From an uncultured virus (IMG/VR IMGVR_UViG_3300015607_002134) (taxonomy: Duplodnaviria > Heunggongvirae > Uroviricota > Caudoviricetes), in IMG/VR virus record IMGVR_UViG_3300015607_002134, positions 1 through 64,000 of that record: 64,000 nucleotides of DNA; one strand, 5' to 3'. Below the pieces are notes generated by a model that was not told the DNA's origin, did no database searches, and saw nothing but the letters and a program-made list of their open reading frames with translations. Position 1 is the stretch's first letter. Each line of letters opens with the position of its first letter. The translations under genes and the position numbers were made by a program. Shown in pieces: positions 1 through 10,888 of the stretch.

Positions 1-1
1 T

Positions 2-3000
2 ATTATCATCTATTTGAGATTCATAAATTTTTCCGTAATAGATAACCTTATCACCTGAGTTGTAAGTCGTAAATGGCGCCCATTCTTTATATGTCTTATA
101 TGTTCTAACTGTTATATCAAAGTAATCTGGTAATTCAATATTATATCCATTAAATGGTTTAGGTGGTGTCACTAATCCAGTTGGGTTTTTATCAGAACCT
201 ACGCCTGGTAAAATAGAATAGAAATCCAACACACAGTTATAAACAGTGGATCCACTATTTACCGGCATTAAGTAAGCCTCATTTAATTTAAATGAAATAG
301 GACTCATATTTTGTCTTATGTTGAATATCTGAGTATCATAAGAAGTATGAACTATTTGATTTTCATTTTTGAAATAAGCTCTACCTGTTATGTCTAGTAT
401 TTTATGTGTTAAAGGTATAATATTTCTCTTTAACCAGTATTTTAAGCCTTGTAGCTTTATTATAACTTCGTCTATACTATAGTTTAAAGTTATGTTTCCT
501 TCTTTGTCTGTAATGTTGTATGTTAAGTTAAACATATTAGTTTCCTCGTAATCATCATTTGGAAAATTATTAGTTATAAAGTCACTTTCTGTCCATCCTT
601 CCACCGTGTTGTCGAATATATCTGGAATCTCCAATTTGAATAATTTCAAGAACTTTTCAGACTGAGGGTTTATGTTTTTATAGTATTCATTTAATTGAAG
701 GTCGTTATATCCAAAGAAGTTGATAGCGTTGATAATAGACTTATAAGCTCCGATATATGGATATATCAAGTGCTTCATCATTAACATTTCTTTTCTTTTC
801 TTGTTTAGATATTTCCAATCTATACCACCTTCTAATATATCATAATCTTTGAATATAAATACTTCATTAGGCGCTATTAATTTACCTACGTTACCAAGTT
901 CTGTCTTGAATCGTATGTCTTCTATTTCTGTTTGACCATATACTTTAAATCTACCAATCTCTCTATCAATTACTTTAATATCAAATTTACAATATGTTGT
1001 ATCACCTGATTTTGGGTAGTCACTTATAACTGTATTTTCTAAAAATAAGTAGTCATCACTCTTTAGGAAATCTACAATTAGTGTTTTATAGAAAACATCT
1101 CTTATTTTAACAACTGTTCCGTTATTACTTGATAAAAATTGATTCTTTTTATTTGATGTGTCTTTTATATACAAAGCTATCAGCTGACCAGATTTCAAGC
1201 CTTTTTCTGTAAAGTGCTGAGATGAGTTAGAATTAATTTGAATTAACCCCCTCTTATTAGATGTGTCTTGGTCTAACGTTTCAAATGAAATTGAAGTGTT
1301 GTTTGTAGATGTTGATTCAAATGTTAAAGATATATCTTCTTTTTTATAAAGTTGAAGTGTTGTCTTAATTGCACCTTCTTCTTCCGCCTTAAATCCAAGA
1401 AATACTTCTAATGCTTCTGGTGCGGTCGATATATCAGTGTCATCGTCTATATAACTTAAAGGATAATAAACCTCATCAAAAATAGTTTGTTGATATTCAG
1501 GTAAGCTACATTTAGTTAAATCTTTATTTGCGTTTTTATTAAGTATAGCAGTTGTTAAAGGTTTTGGACCTGTATAAGCATATGAGCCAGTTATTGGTAA
1601 CTGAGTTCCTGAAAAATCATATAAGAAGAATTCAGGGGAAATATCCGAGTACCAACTCCAGTAGTATTCAACTTGAACATCACCTTGGAAGTTTTCTCTA
1701 GGTCTTCTTAAATACTCTTTAGATTTCAACCATAAATCTACATGTGGTTTATAGTCGGGATCTAAAGTACCGTATTGATTATCTTCTGAAATTTGATTAT
1801 TTCCGGTTGTTGGTGTAATCGTGCCGTTTAGTGTAACCTCAACCTCTATAATAGAATTTATACTTGGTTGTATAGTCCAAACTGAATTCCTTTCAGGATT
1901 ATAAACAATTCTTTCAGTACCTGCTGACATTGGTATGTTTTTAATAACAGTCCCAGTTACTGGGTTTATAACAAGTACGGAGTTACTAAACAATGATGAC
2001 ATATAGATACTACCATCATATTGGTTTAATGCTAAATATCCATAGTTACCGATTGATGTGTTGAAACTAACGGTGTTATTGTTTAAATTTAATCCTCTGA
2101 ATAGAGTAGATGAGTCTGATATATTCATCTCACCGGTTAAGTTATTAAATATAATATCATCAAATGTTCCGGTAGATATTGATGTTATAGAATATGTCAC
2201 ACCGTTGTCAATTTTATATAGATTGTTATTACCAAATACATAAATTGACTCATTTACTGGTTCATAGAACATAGAACCTGTAGCACCAGGAACACCATAA
2301 GATGTTTGAACATCTCTTGTTGATCCATTTACTCTAACAACTGTATTTGTAGCTGAATTTGTAATTATATACATATCAGACTCAAATACATTAAATGTCA
2401 TTTTACCGATTGATGTTGCGTCATTAGGGAAATTTAATGAAGAAGATGTTAAGTTAGTTGAAACTATATTATTTGAATTTCTTATCTCAACTTTTGCTAA
2501 GTTTTCAAAAGATATGTAGGTATCACCATTTACTGGATTTATCGCAACATCTTTAATTACATCTGTATATGACCAGTTATTAACAACTGTGTTTAGTAAA
2601 GGATCAACTACATATATTTTTTGTTTAGATACGCAGTATAGGTAGTTATTAAATGTATTAAATCTTAAAAGCTGACTTTGTGTATTTCCAACTAATGCTA
2701 TATTGTTTATATATGTTCCACTATAAGCATCTAAAACAATTAGGTCATCACCTAATGCAAATATTGAGTTAGATAGTTGTACATATACTATATCTACTAA
2801 ATTACTTGTACCGTTATACTGTTGTAGGTTGTATGTGTTAGTATTGTATATATTTGGGTTATAAGCCAAGCTAAACGCTGAGTTAAACTCGTCTTTATTA
2901 AATGGACCACCTACGCCTGATGATGTCGGTCCTACTATTATACCACAAGCTGTTTGACCAAAACCTACCTCAAATGCTAATGTTATAAAAGCTGACGAGT

Positions 3001-5344
3001 TACAAAGATTATCTGTTGTTCCCCAAAATGGTCCTTGATAACTTAGATTCATCACACCTGGGTCTAAGAATTGAATATTAAATTCAGTATTATTCCAAGT
3101 ATGAAATGCATTATTAATTGAAAATGCCATTCCAGTTGCAAATCCGGCATCTTCGAATGAGTATGTCCCGGTAGCTGAGCCTGTTAGTTTAACCTCATTT
3201 GAGGTTATTAATACTCCGTGATTTCCTTTTATTTTTTTAGTAATAATGAAATCTTCTGTTCCAGGTAGATAACTCTTACCAGTTTTAACCGTGTATTCTA
3301 ATCTTCTGTCTAAGTGCTTTGTATCAATTTTTAATAAGTTATTTATACTTGATACTACTATACCAAAAGTCTCTAAGTATGATGCATGTTCATCTACCCA
3401 AGCTTGAATTGTTGATGGTATGTCTGGTGATTGTGGAGACGGACCAGCTAAGTATATAGTTGGTTGGTCATATGGTTCGTCATTTATAGTTATTGATAAG
3501 TAGCTACCTAAGTCATTGAATAAAATTCTTGAATGTTCAACATAAAAATTAGCGGTTGTTCCTACCTTAATATCATTGACAACCATATCTACGTTTGGGT
3601 ATTCAGTTCTCAATCTTATAGAGTTGTAAAATGGTGATACAAATGAACCTATGTATTGTAGGTCTGCTATTATACCTAACTTTTGTAATAGTACATAGTT
3701 TCTTTTTAACCAGGCTCTAAGTGTTCTATCTATAGTTCTATCCATATCAGGAGCAGCACCACTATAAACCCAGGCTATTTCTTCTTCATAGACTTGTTTG
3801 TTTATTTTTATTTTAAATCCATACTCATCTAAATCGGTAAATACAATATTTACTGAGTGATTTGATGAAAAGTCATAGTTTAACTCTCTTGTTAAACTTT
3901 CAGAGACTTGTATAAGTCTTTCATTTGTTTCTTTTTTACTACCTATTGAGTAAGTTGGTCCTACGGAACCATTGTAGAAATTAACTTCAACATATTTACT
4001 TGGATACATTAGGTCAGCCTTCAATGTGTCACTTTCAAAATATAGTTCTACATTAAATGTGCTTAAATCACTTGAGTATTTTTGAGCAGCAGAGGCTAAA
4101 GTTACTTTACCACTTTGTGTGAAACCGTGTTGAAAGTATAATTTATCTGTTGTTAAATATAATTGACAGTTTGATAAAGATTCATTTGTTACATCTTCTT
4201 CAACGTCTATGTGTGTTAAAGTACTTGTCCAGTAAGTTGTATTTTCGGGAGTAACAAACTGAGTTGATTGTGCCGCAAAGCTCTGTGTATATGCTAATAC
4301 ACACTCATAAATCATGTTATTATATAAAACCTGTGATTGTGTTGCATAGAAAGTCTGCTGAGTATTTCCATAAAATGAAGGTATATTAGCTATTGTAAGA
4401 AAGTTTTGATTAGCATTTGAGCCAACTATTTTAAATTCTCTACCAGGTTTTAGTATTTTTGGTACTACACCACCAAACGTTAATCTATTTACAGCTGGTA
4501 CTGACCAAGTTCCTTGTATATACTGAATTGTCAATGAACCATCATATATTTTAGGCAAGTCGGTTTTTGTAGATACTTCTATTATAATATCAGATGTACT
4601 TAAAGAAGATGTTGTATAGTATTCAAAGAACTTATTATCCGTTATTTCTTCCTCTTTAACAGTTACTATTTTATTATTACTTTTTGACTTTATGATATTT
4701 AACTTCTTATTCTTATAAAGTTTATCATAGAAGTTAGGCTCATTCCAAAATGATAAGTTATTATTATAACTTGTGTTTATGTAGTTATAAATACCTATTG
4801 CGTTGATTGCTGATAATGTCTTATTGATATATGTTAGTTCATCAGTATATTGTGTATAAAAATTAGTTTCAAATGTAGCATTATCAACTGAGCTTATAAT
4901 CATTATTGCGCCTTTTTTAACCGCAACTACTGTATATGTTTGTAGTAAATTTGTAAATTCTAAAAATGTTTGGTCAAATCTTATTATTGTGCCAACTGGA
5001 AATTTAGTATCAAATGAGTCACCATATATCCATTTAGAATAAAAATTAGGGTCATTATTAATCGGCTCAATTGATGTTATTGATTGAGTTGAGTAATTAC
5101 CGCCATAAAAGTCAAATCCATATTCATTGAATAATTGAAATTTATTTAATGTTAGCTCTCCAGGATATTCAAACTCAAAAGAAGGTATCTTTTCAAGAAC
5201 GTATAATCCTACAGTCTTGAAAGTATCTGATGAATTTTCATGAAATATAATATCCCCTTCAAACCTATCATTTATATCACTATAATTAAAATTTAAATTG
5301 TCTCCTTCTTTATTGAAAAATAATAAGTTCTTATGATTTGACAT
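2..5344 (-). CDS. Very large virion/baseplate-type protein, 3' end beyond the window (over 1780 aa)
   Basis: Not in the ORF track because no stop lies in the window. ATG at 5344 (MSNHKNLLFFNKEGDNLNF); the same frame reads WAPFTTYNSGDKVIYYGKIYES at the edge; beta-propeller-like repeats around 1850-2850; late motif at 5366-5374. Confidence 0.75.
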   Translation of the reverse strand, partial: MSNHKNLLFFNKEGDNLNFNYSDINDRFEGDIIFHENSSDTFKTVGLYVLEKIPSFEFEYPGELTLNKFQLFNEYGFDFYGGNYSTQSITSIEPINNDPNFYSKWIYGDSFDTKFPVGTIIRFDQTFLEFTNLLQTYTVVAVKKGAIMIISSVDNATFETNFYTQYTDELTYINKTLSAINAIGIYNYINTSYNNNLSFWNEPNFYDKLYKNKKLNIIKSKSNNKIVTVKEEEITDNKFFEYYTTSSLSTSDIIIEVSTKTDLPKIYDGSLTIQYIQGTWSVPAVNRLTFGGVVPKILKPGREFKIVGSNANQNFLTIANIPSFYGNTQQTFYATQSQVLYNNMIYECVLAYTQSFAAQSTQFVTPENTTYWTSTLTHIDVEEDVTNESLSNCQLYLTTDKLYFQHGFTQSGKVTLASAAQKYSSDLSTFNVELYFESDTLKADLMYPSKYVEVNFYNGSVGPTYSIGSKKETNERLIQVSESLTRELNYDFSSNHSVNIVFTDLDEYGFKIKINKQVYEEEIAWVYSGAAPDMDRTIDRTLRAWLKRNYVLLQKLGIIADLQYIGSFVSPFYNSIRLRTEYPNVDMVVNDIKVGTTANFYVEHSRILFNDLGSYLSITINDEPYDQPTIYLAGPSPQSPDIPSTIQAWVDEHASYLETFGIVVSSINNLLKIDTKHLDRRLEYTVKTGKSYLPGTEDFIITKKIKGNHGVLITSNEVKLTGSATGTYSFEDAGFATGMAFSINNAFHTWNNTEFNIQFLDPGVMNLSYQGPFWGTTDNLCNSSAFITLAFEVGFGQTACGIIVGPTSSGVGGPFNKDEFNSAFSLAYNPNIYNTNTYNLQQYNGTSNLVDIVYVQLSNSIFALGDDLIVLDAYSGTYINNIALVGNTQSQLLRFNTFNNYLYCVSKQKIYVVDPLLNTVVNNWSYTDVIKDVAINPVNGDTYISFENLAKVEIRNSNNIVSTNLTSSSLNFPNDATSIGKMTFNVFESDMYIITNSATNTVVRVNGSTRDVQTSYGVPGATGSMFYEPVNESIYVFGNNNLYKIDNGVTYSITSISTGTFDDIIFNNLTGEMNISDSSTLFRGLNLNNNTVSFNTSIGNYGYLALNQYDGSIYMSSLFSNSVLVINPVTGTVIKNIPMSAGTERIVYNPERNSVWTIQPSINSIIEVEVTLNGTITPTTGNNQISEDNQYGTLDPDYKPHVDLWLKSKEYLRRPRENFQGDVQVEYYWSWYSDISPEFFLYDFSGTQLPITGSYAYTGPKPLTTAILNKNANKDLTKCSLPEYQQTIFDEVYYPLSYIDDDTDISTAPEALEVFLGFKAEEEGAIKTTLQLYKKEDISLTFESTSTNNTSISFETLDQDTSNKRGLIQINSNSSQHFTEKGLKSGQLIALYIKDTSNKKNQFLSSNNGTVVKIRDVFYKTLIVDFLKSDDYLFLENTVISDYPKSGDTTYCKFDIKVIDREIGRFKVYGQTEIEDIRFKTELGNVGKLIAPNEVFIFKDYDILEGGIDWKYLNKKRKEMLMMKHLIYPYIGAYKSIINAINFFGYNDLQLNEYYKNINPQSEKFLKLFKLEIPDIFDNTVEGWTESDFITNNFPNDDYEETNMFNLTYNITDKEGNITLNYSIDEVIIKLQGLKYWLKRNIIPLTHKILDITGRAYFKNENQIVHTSYDTQIFNIRQNMSPISFKLNEAYLMPVNSGSTVYNCVLDFYSILPGVGSDKNPTGLVTPPKPFNGYNIELPDYFDITVRTYKTYKEWAPFTTYNSGDKVIYYGKIYESQIDDN

Positions 5345-5413
5345 CTACTGTTAATAACTTTTACATATATATTAATTTATACTTTCTTAGTAGATGATTT
5401 TAATATATATGAT

Positions 5414-5785
5414 ATGAAAATTAATGACTATAGTGAATTTATAAACGAGGAATTCTTTAAGAGAATATTTAATAATTCAAAGAAAAAGACTACCAAGGTA
5501 TTAAATAGAGTGGATTCCTGTGTTGAGAATATATTAAATTTTTTAGCAGAGAATGATATCTATAATTGGGATAAATTTGTATCAATGTCCCCCTTTGATA
5601 GAAGTGTTATAGATAAACTAATAGATAGCGATGTTAAAAACATGAGTGAATTGAAAGAAGTCAGATTTAGATTAAAATTAGAATTAATGAACAGAAAACA
5701 GCTAATTGATCTAAAAAACGATTTAGAGCAAGAAGAGGAGTATGAAAAATGCGCACTTGTTGTTAAAAAAATGAATCAAAAATAA
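5414..5785 (+). CDS. Hypothetical protein with N-terminal FINE motif and C-terminal UVR-like helix
   Basis: MKINDYSEFINE start; LKNDLEQEEEYEKCALVVKKM resembles the UvrB/UvrC motif. Confidence 0.6.
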   Translation: MKINDYSEFINEEFFKRIFNNSKKKTTKVLNRVDSCVENILNFLAENDIYNWDKFVSMSPFDRSVIDKLIDSDVKNMSELKEVRFRLKLELMNRKQLIDLKNDLEQEEEYEKCALVVKKMNQK

Positions 5786-5796
5786 AAAAGAAACAT

Positions 5797-6750
5797 ATGA
5801 AACACATTAAAAAATTTAATGAAACCAAAAAAGAAGATAAGGTAAAAGATCAAGAAGTTCTTTTTAATGTTGAGGTTTTAGCGGACAAGGATGAAAAACC
5901 TTCGTTCAAAACTGATATAGAAGACCAAGAAAAGGTTCAAAAAGAGTTTGATAAACTAAAAGATAAGGTTGAAAAATTTGAAGCTTTTATTGATATTCAT
6001 ATAGATAACATTGAAAATGTTGAAGTTGAACACGAGTTTGGACATGATGATTCTGATGATGATTTTGATGCCGAGTATGAAGAAGATCCAGGTTGTGGAT
6101 GTTGTCAAGATTGTACTGGACAGCCAGGATGTGATTGTGGTTGTCAAGATTGTAGCTGTGGTGAAGTTGAAGTTGAGGTTATTCCAGCTTCTCAATTTGT
6201 TTCTAATGTTGTTTCTGAGAGTTTAAAGTATCATTTACAAAATAATAAACCAATTACTGAAAATATTTATAGACCAGGTTCTGAAGCCTTCTTTGAAGTT
6301 ATCAAAGAAGCAAGACAAATGTTTGATTTAGGAAAAATTCAACTGTGTGATATTGATAAAGATATTTTTGAATCAACTGAAATTGGTAAGTTTGGAATGT
6401 TCAAAGGTCAATTAGTTCCTTTAGATTTACCGATGGAAAGTGTTATTGATATAAATGAGGCTGAATATAAAGGTAAAGAAGTTAAGCTAAATTATCCTAT
6501 GCGTGGCGGTTCTAAAAAGTACTATGTGTATGTTAAAAATCCTAAAACAGGTAAAGTTAAAAAAATTTCATTTGGTGATGTACACGGTGGCTTAACAGCT
6601 AAAGTAAGCGATCCTAAAGCAAGAAAAGCATTTGCAGCTAGACATAATTGCGATATGAAAAAAGATAAAACTAAAGCAGGGTATTGGGCGTGCAGAATTA
6701 ACAAATTTGGACATCTCTGGAATGGCCAAACTTATCCAGGATACTGGTAG
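5797..6750 (+). CDS. Putative head-associated protein with Cys cluster and basic C-terminal domain
   Basis: MKHIKKFNE start; 9-Cys stretch; C-terminal KKISFGD...ARKAFAARHNC...AGYWACR block recognised from large-virus proteins. Confidence 0.65.
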   Translation: MKHIKKFNETKKEDKVKDQEVLFNVEVLADKDEKPSFKTDIEDQEKVQKEFDKLKDKVEKFEAFIDIHIDNIENVEVEHEFGHDDSDDDFDAEYEEDPGCGCCQDCTGQPGCDCGCQDCSCGEVEVEVIPASQFVSNVVSESLKYHLQNNKPITENIYRPGSEAFFEVIKEARQMFDLGKIQLCDIDKDIFESTEIGKFGMFKGQLVPLDLPMESVIDINEAEYKGKEVKLNYPMRGGSKKYYVYVKNPKTGKVKKISFGDVHGGLTAKVSDPKARKAFAARHNCDMKKDKTKAGYWACRINKFGHLWNGQTYPGYW

Positions 6751-6798
6751 TTATTAGGGGGAAAGATTATTTTAATATATACATAAAAAATAATTTTT

Positions 6799-7755
6799 AT
6801 GCAAATATATAAAATAACCAATCTAATAAACAACAAAATATATATTGGAAAAGATACAACTTCTGATCCTAATTACTTTGGTTCTGGATTACTTATAAAC
6901 AGAGCCAAACAAAAATATGGACTATCAAAATTCATAAAAGAAATTATTGATGAAACAAATGATTATAATGAATTATCAGTGAAAGAAATTTACTGGATAA
7001 ATTTTTATAAATCAAATGATAGGAGTATTGGATATAATATCTCAAGTGGTGGAGATGGTGGAGATACTTTATCAAACCATCCTGATTTAGAATTAATAAG
7101 AGAAAAAATATCCAATAATAGTAAAACCAAAGGTAAAACTTATGAAGAAGTATTTGGTATTGAAAATGCAAAGATATATAAAGATAAATTATCAAAATCA
7201 AATAAAAGAATTTTACTTGGTAAAACATTTGATGAATTATATGGTGTTGATGACTCAAAAAGGATAAAAGAAATTATTAGTCTTAATAGTAAGAAAAGTT
7301 GGACCAATGAGAGAAAACAAAAACACTCAGAAAACTCTAAATTAAATATACATAAGTCTTTATTATCAGAAAAATCCATAGAAAACAATAGAAAATATCT
7401 AGAAGAAAGATGGAATAAATGGAAATATGATGAGGAAAGCTTAATTAAAAAAATGATTAGTGATAATTCAATAAATGATTTAATTGAATATACTAAAAAA
7501 ATACCAAATACCTTATTTAATAATAGAAAAGAGTTTTATAAATTTATTGGAAAAGATTTACAAAAAATAATAAAATATGAATTTATTAAAAGAAGAAAAC
7601 CTAATTCATTGAATGAAGAAAATAAAGTTAAAATTTATATTGATGGTAAAGAGTATGAATCAATTACATATGCTGCTAAAGTTCTTGACATAGAAAGGTC
7701 TTTAATAAGATATAGATTAAAATCAAAAAATTATCCTGAGTATTTTTATATATAG
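6799..7755 (+). mobile_element. GIY-YIG homing endonuclease
   Basis: IYKITNLINNKIYIGK, YFGSG, GYNISSGGDGG, repeated GKT(Y/F)(E/D)E(V/L)(F/Y)G units and a NUMOD1-like C-terminus. Confidence 0.9.
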
Positions 7756-7758
7756 AAT

Positions 7759-8184
7759 ATGAGATATTTAAGAAAATTTTATGAGAATAAAGAAACAAAC
7801 ACCTACAGGGTTGAAAAAGAACCTAGTAGAAATTCAATAACATGGTATAATGGTGATAAAAGATGTGGATTATTTGACTATTTTACTAATCATAAAAGAG
7901 AGAATGATACTGCTTATATAATGGGTTATATGAAAGATGATAAATCTGTTGATGGTTATCAATTTATTAAAATGTCAATTGATTATTTACTTAATAATGG
8001 AATGAAAGCTGTTGTATCAAGTGGTTGTAGATCACCACAAGCAGCTATTGTTTGGCGAAGATTAGCTAAGGAAGATAAGTATAATGTTGAAACTATTGAA
8101 CGCAATTATTATCCTGGTTATATATCAGATAGACATAGTGAAAAAATAAATAAAATATGTTACCATTTCAAGAAACTAAATTAA
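7759..8184 (+). CDS. Hypothetical protein, possibly GNAT-like
   Basis: MRYLRKFYE start; VVSSGCRSPQAAIVWRRL resembles phage GNAT-like folds (weak). Confidence 0.45.
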   Translation: MRYLRKFYENKETNTYRVEKEPSRNSITWYNGDKRCGLFDYFTNHKRENDTAYIMGYMKDDKSVDGYQFIKMSIDYLLNNGMKAVVSSGCRSPQAAIVWRRLAKEDKYNVETIERNYYPGYISDRHSEKINKICYHFKKLN

Positions 8185-8441
8185 GCGATAATGAATTTAT
8201 AAGAGTATTCAGTCAAGATACTGATTCTGGTGAATTTATGTGGCATCGTGATAGAGAAGATAGAATAATTGAGTCTATTGGTGAGACAGATTGGATGATT
8301 CAAATTGATAATGAGTTACCTAAAAAGATTGAAGAAAAAGTATTTATACCAATGGGTGTTTATCATCGTGTTATAAAAGGAACAGGTGATTTGAAAATAA
8401 AATTAATAAAAACCCATCTTAAAAGATGGGTTTTTATTTAG
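8157..8441 (+). CDS. Small cupin-like protein
   Basis: WHRDREDR and FIPMGVYHRVIKG motifs. Confidence 0.6.
   Translation: MLPFQETKLSDNEFIRVFSQDTDSGEFMWHRDREDRIIESIGETDWMIQIDNELPKKIEEKVFIPMGVYHRVIKGTGDLKIKLIKTHLKRWVFI
8408..8435. terminator. Bidirectional intrinsic terminator (AAACCCATC family)
   Basis: AAAAACCCATCTT-AA-AAGATGGGTTTTT at the junction of convergent genes. Confidence 0.75.
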
Positions 8442-9571
8442 TCAGCTTTGACTTTATAGTTTTCATTGTATATTCTAATGACTTCATCAAATTCATTTAC
8501 TATTCCTGACTTGAATTTATCATTATCGTACTTTTGTTTTAGAATATACTCTTTTATATAGTCTTCATATTCTAACTGAACAGATATTTCCATTCCATTC
8601 TCATCTAGTTCTATCTCATTGGACTCGTTAACTTCCTCACCATCAACTAATTCCTTAGTTATATCATCAATATATTCAACTGATGCAAAGTTTCCTTTTT
8701 CTAACATAACTTCCAGCTTTCTACGAAGTTTTCTATTACTGATTAGTAAGTTGTTTGATATAGCTAAATCAATATAGTCTTTTGTATCTTTTAAATCATC
8801 TAGCTTATCAATATCTTCTTCAGAAACAACTCTAAATTTTCTAAAAACGGGTGAAACATTATTTGGAAAAAAATCTTCAGTGTCATTATCAGTGTCTATT
8901 ACAAAAATTCCTTTTTGATCACCTGTGTCGTTTCTATCCATTTGAAAAATAGATCCTACAAATGTAAATTGTTTATTAGATTGGACTAGATGTATATGTC
9001 CAGACCTAACTTTTGAAAATGACTTAAAGTCATTTATATCTATCTTATCTGCATTTTTATGAGCAACAGATGTTAGGTGCATTTTACAACCATTAAGATC
9101 AGAATGACAAAATAAATAATCACAGTTTTTATTTTCCTCTATTGATTTTATTTGTTCTAGTCTCTTTTCGATAAATGGCATCATCAATATTTTTAGACCG
9201 TTATATTCTAATACCTCTGTTGAATTGTATATTTTAACATTTGGTATATACCTAAATGGTCTAACAGAGTTAATTTCTGATGCACTTTTTGACCAAAGGT
9301 CATGGTTACCTACTATTATATGTAGAGGTGCTATTTTTGATATCTCTTCTACAACATCCATGCCATAGTTAAGTAAATTTATTGGAATAATATTCCTGTT
9401 ATCAAATAAATCACCAAGATGAACTATTATATCACCTGGTTTTACTTCTTTTTTGAGAAGAGGGATTAGAAAATCACTAAAGTATTGTTGGTGAACTTTG
9501 AACCATTTATCAACACTGTTTGGATATCCAAGTCCTATGTGTGTGTCACCTATTAAAAATATTTTACTCAT
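8438..9571 (-). CDS. Mre11/SbcD-like recombination nuclease (T4 gp47-like)
   Basis: Metallophosphoesterase motifs GDTHIG, LGDLFD, VGNHD, SGHIH. Confidence 0.9.
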   Translation of the reverse strand: MSKIFLIGDTHIGLGYPNSVDKWFKVHQQYFSDFLIPLLKKEVKPGDIIVHLGDLFDNRNIIPINLLNYGMDVVEEISKIAPLHIIVGNHDLWSKSASEINSVRPFRYIPNVKIYNSTEVLEYNGLKILMMPFIEKRLEQIKSIEENKNCDYLFCHSDLNGCKMHLTSVAHKNADKIDINDFKSFSKVRSGHIHLVQSNKQFTFVGSIFQMDRNDTGDQKGIFVIDTDNDTEDFFPNNVSPVFRKFRVVSEEDIDKLDDLKDTKDYIDLAISNNLLISNRKLRRKLEVMLEKGNFASVEYIDDITKELVDGEEVNESNEIELDENGMEISVQLEYEDYIKEYILKQKYDNDKFKSGIVNEFDEVIRIYNENYKVKAD

Positions 9572-9642
9572 GTGTAAAAGGACGGAATTATTTTTTAATA
9601 TATAGAGATATATACTGTTATATAAAAAAAATAAGAATAGTT

Positions 9643-10443
9643 ATGATATACACTAATAATTTCGCCTATTTTCTTGGGTTTTTATGGTCTGATGGTTCTA
9701 TTGAGAGATATAGAACAATATTAGAGATAGTTGAAGATGATGCTTTGGATATAGTTGAAGATATAAAAAGTATCAATTTTCTCAATGTTTGTACCATGAG
9801 AAGAACTAGAAAGAATAGAAGACCTCAAATGTCTATATATTTTTGTGATTCTAAATTTTATGATGATTATCAATCAAAATACTTTATAGATAAGAGTTTT
9901 AAATCACCTATGGATTTACTAAATGATATACCAGTTGATTTAGTTAGATACTTTTATCTTGGTCTTATTGATGGTGATGGTTGTTTTTATTTTAATGAAA
10001 AGAATAAATCAAGACAGTTTTATGTCACTTCTTGTTATGACCAAGATTGGTCACATATAGAGAGTCTATTTAAATCTTTGAATATTAGTCAATATGAGAT
10101 TAGAAGAGTGGTTAGTAAAAAAGGTAATAAGAGTTCTTATATAAGAATTAAAAAGCACCAAGAGATAGTAAATCTTTATGAATATTTATATCCAAATGGA
10201 TATGAGTTGGGATTAAAACGAAAATTTAATAAATGTAAAAGTATTATTGATAATAAACCTAGAAACTCATCTAATAAATCCAAGATTGATATTGATATGT
10301 TGGTATCTAAGATAAATGAGGGATTGGATATTGTTGATATAGCTGAGTATTTTAATTGTAATTGGCGTAAGGTATATAACTTTTGTAAGATTAATGAGAT
10401 ATCTTATAGCAGGGGATTTTTCAAGAGAACTAGAAAGAATTAA
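9643..10443 (+). mobile_element. LAGLIDADG homing endonuclease (start moved to 9643)
   Basis: Two motifs, YFLGFLWSDG and FYLGLIDGDG; late motif at 9596-9604 precedes ATG 9643. Confidence 0.85.
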
Positions 10444-10775
10444 TCTTTTCTTCTGGCTTCTCTAGCACATTTCTCACAACCACTTCCCGCGTATAGATGA
10501 GCATTTGGTGTTTGTTCAAATTCACCGTGTATAGGACATATAATTTTTACCTTACTTCTGCAGTTTTCATAAATAACTAAATCATAGTTATATTTATAAT
10601 TATGTTTTATTTTAGACTTATCAACAAAGTCTTTGCTTTTTTTACTTCTTCTTTTAAGTGACTTTAGTTCTTTTATGATTGCATTTTCTTTTGACTTACA
10701 GTTTTTATTACAAAATTTCCTATCAGGTCTTCCCCAAACAATCTCTTTATTACAATATCTATAGTTGCAGTTCAT
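10440..10775 (-). CDS. Zn-binding DUF723-like module without a nuclease domain
   Basis: HNYKYNYDLVIYENCRSKVKIICPIHGEFEQTPNAHL...GCEKC plus an N-terminal Cys motif. Confidence 0.65.
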   Translation of the reverse strand: MNCNYRYCNKEIVWGRPDRKFCNKNCKSKENAIIKELKSLKRRSKKSKDFVDKSKIKHNYKYNYDLVIYENCRSKVKIICPIHGEFEQTPNAHLYAGSGCEKCAREARRKD

Positions 10776-10888
10776 ATTGTATTTATTAAAAAGTGGAAAT
10801 GGCATTTTTTACAACATAATATTTTAAAATGAGGCTAAAGAGGAAAAGAAGAAAAATATATAATTTATAAAAAATAATTTAAAAACAT

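Noticed and set aside
2058..2243. Short plus-strand ORF and other 60-150 aa antisense ORFs in the track
   Set aside because: They lie opposite long well-supported genes and have no motifs.
9520..9642. Track N-terminal extensions (also 27904, 28461, 37431, 41805, 61758 ORFs)
   Set aside because: They overlap neighbours or promoter motifs; downstream ATGs fit better.
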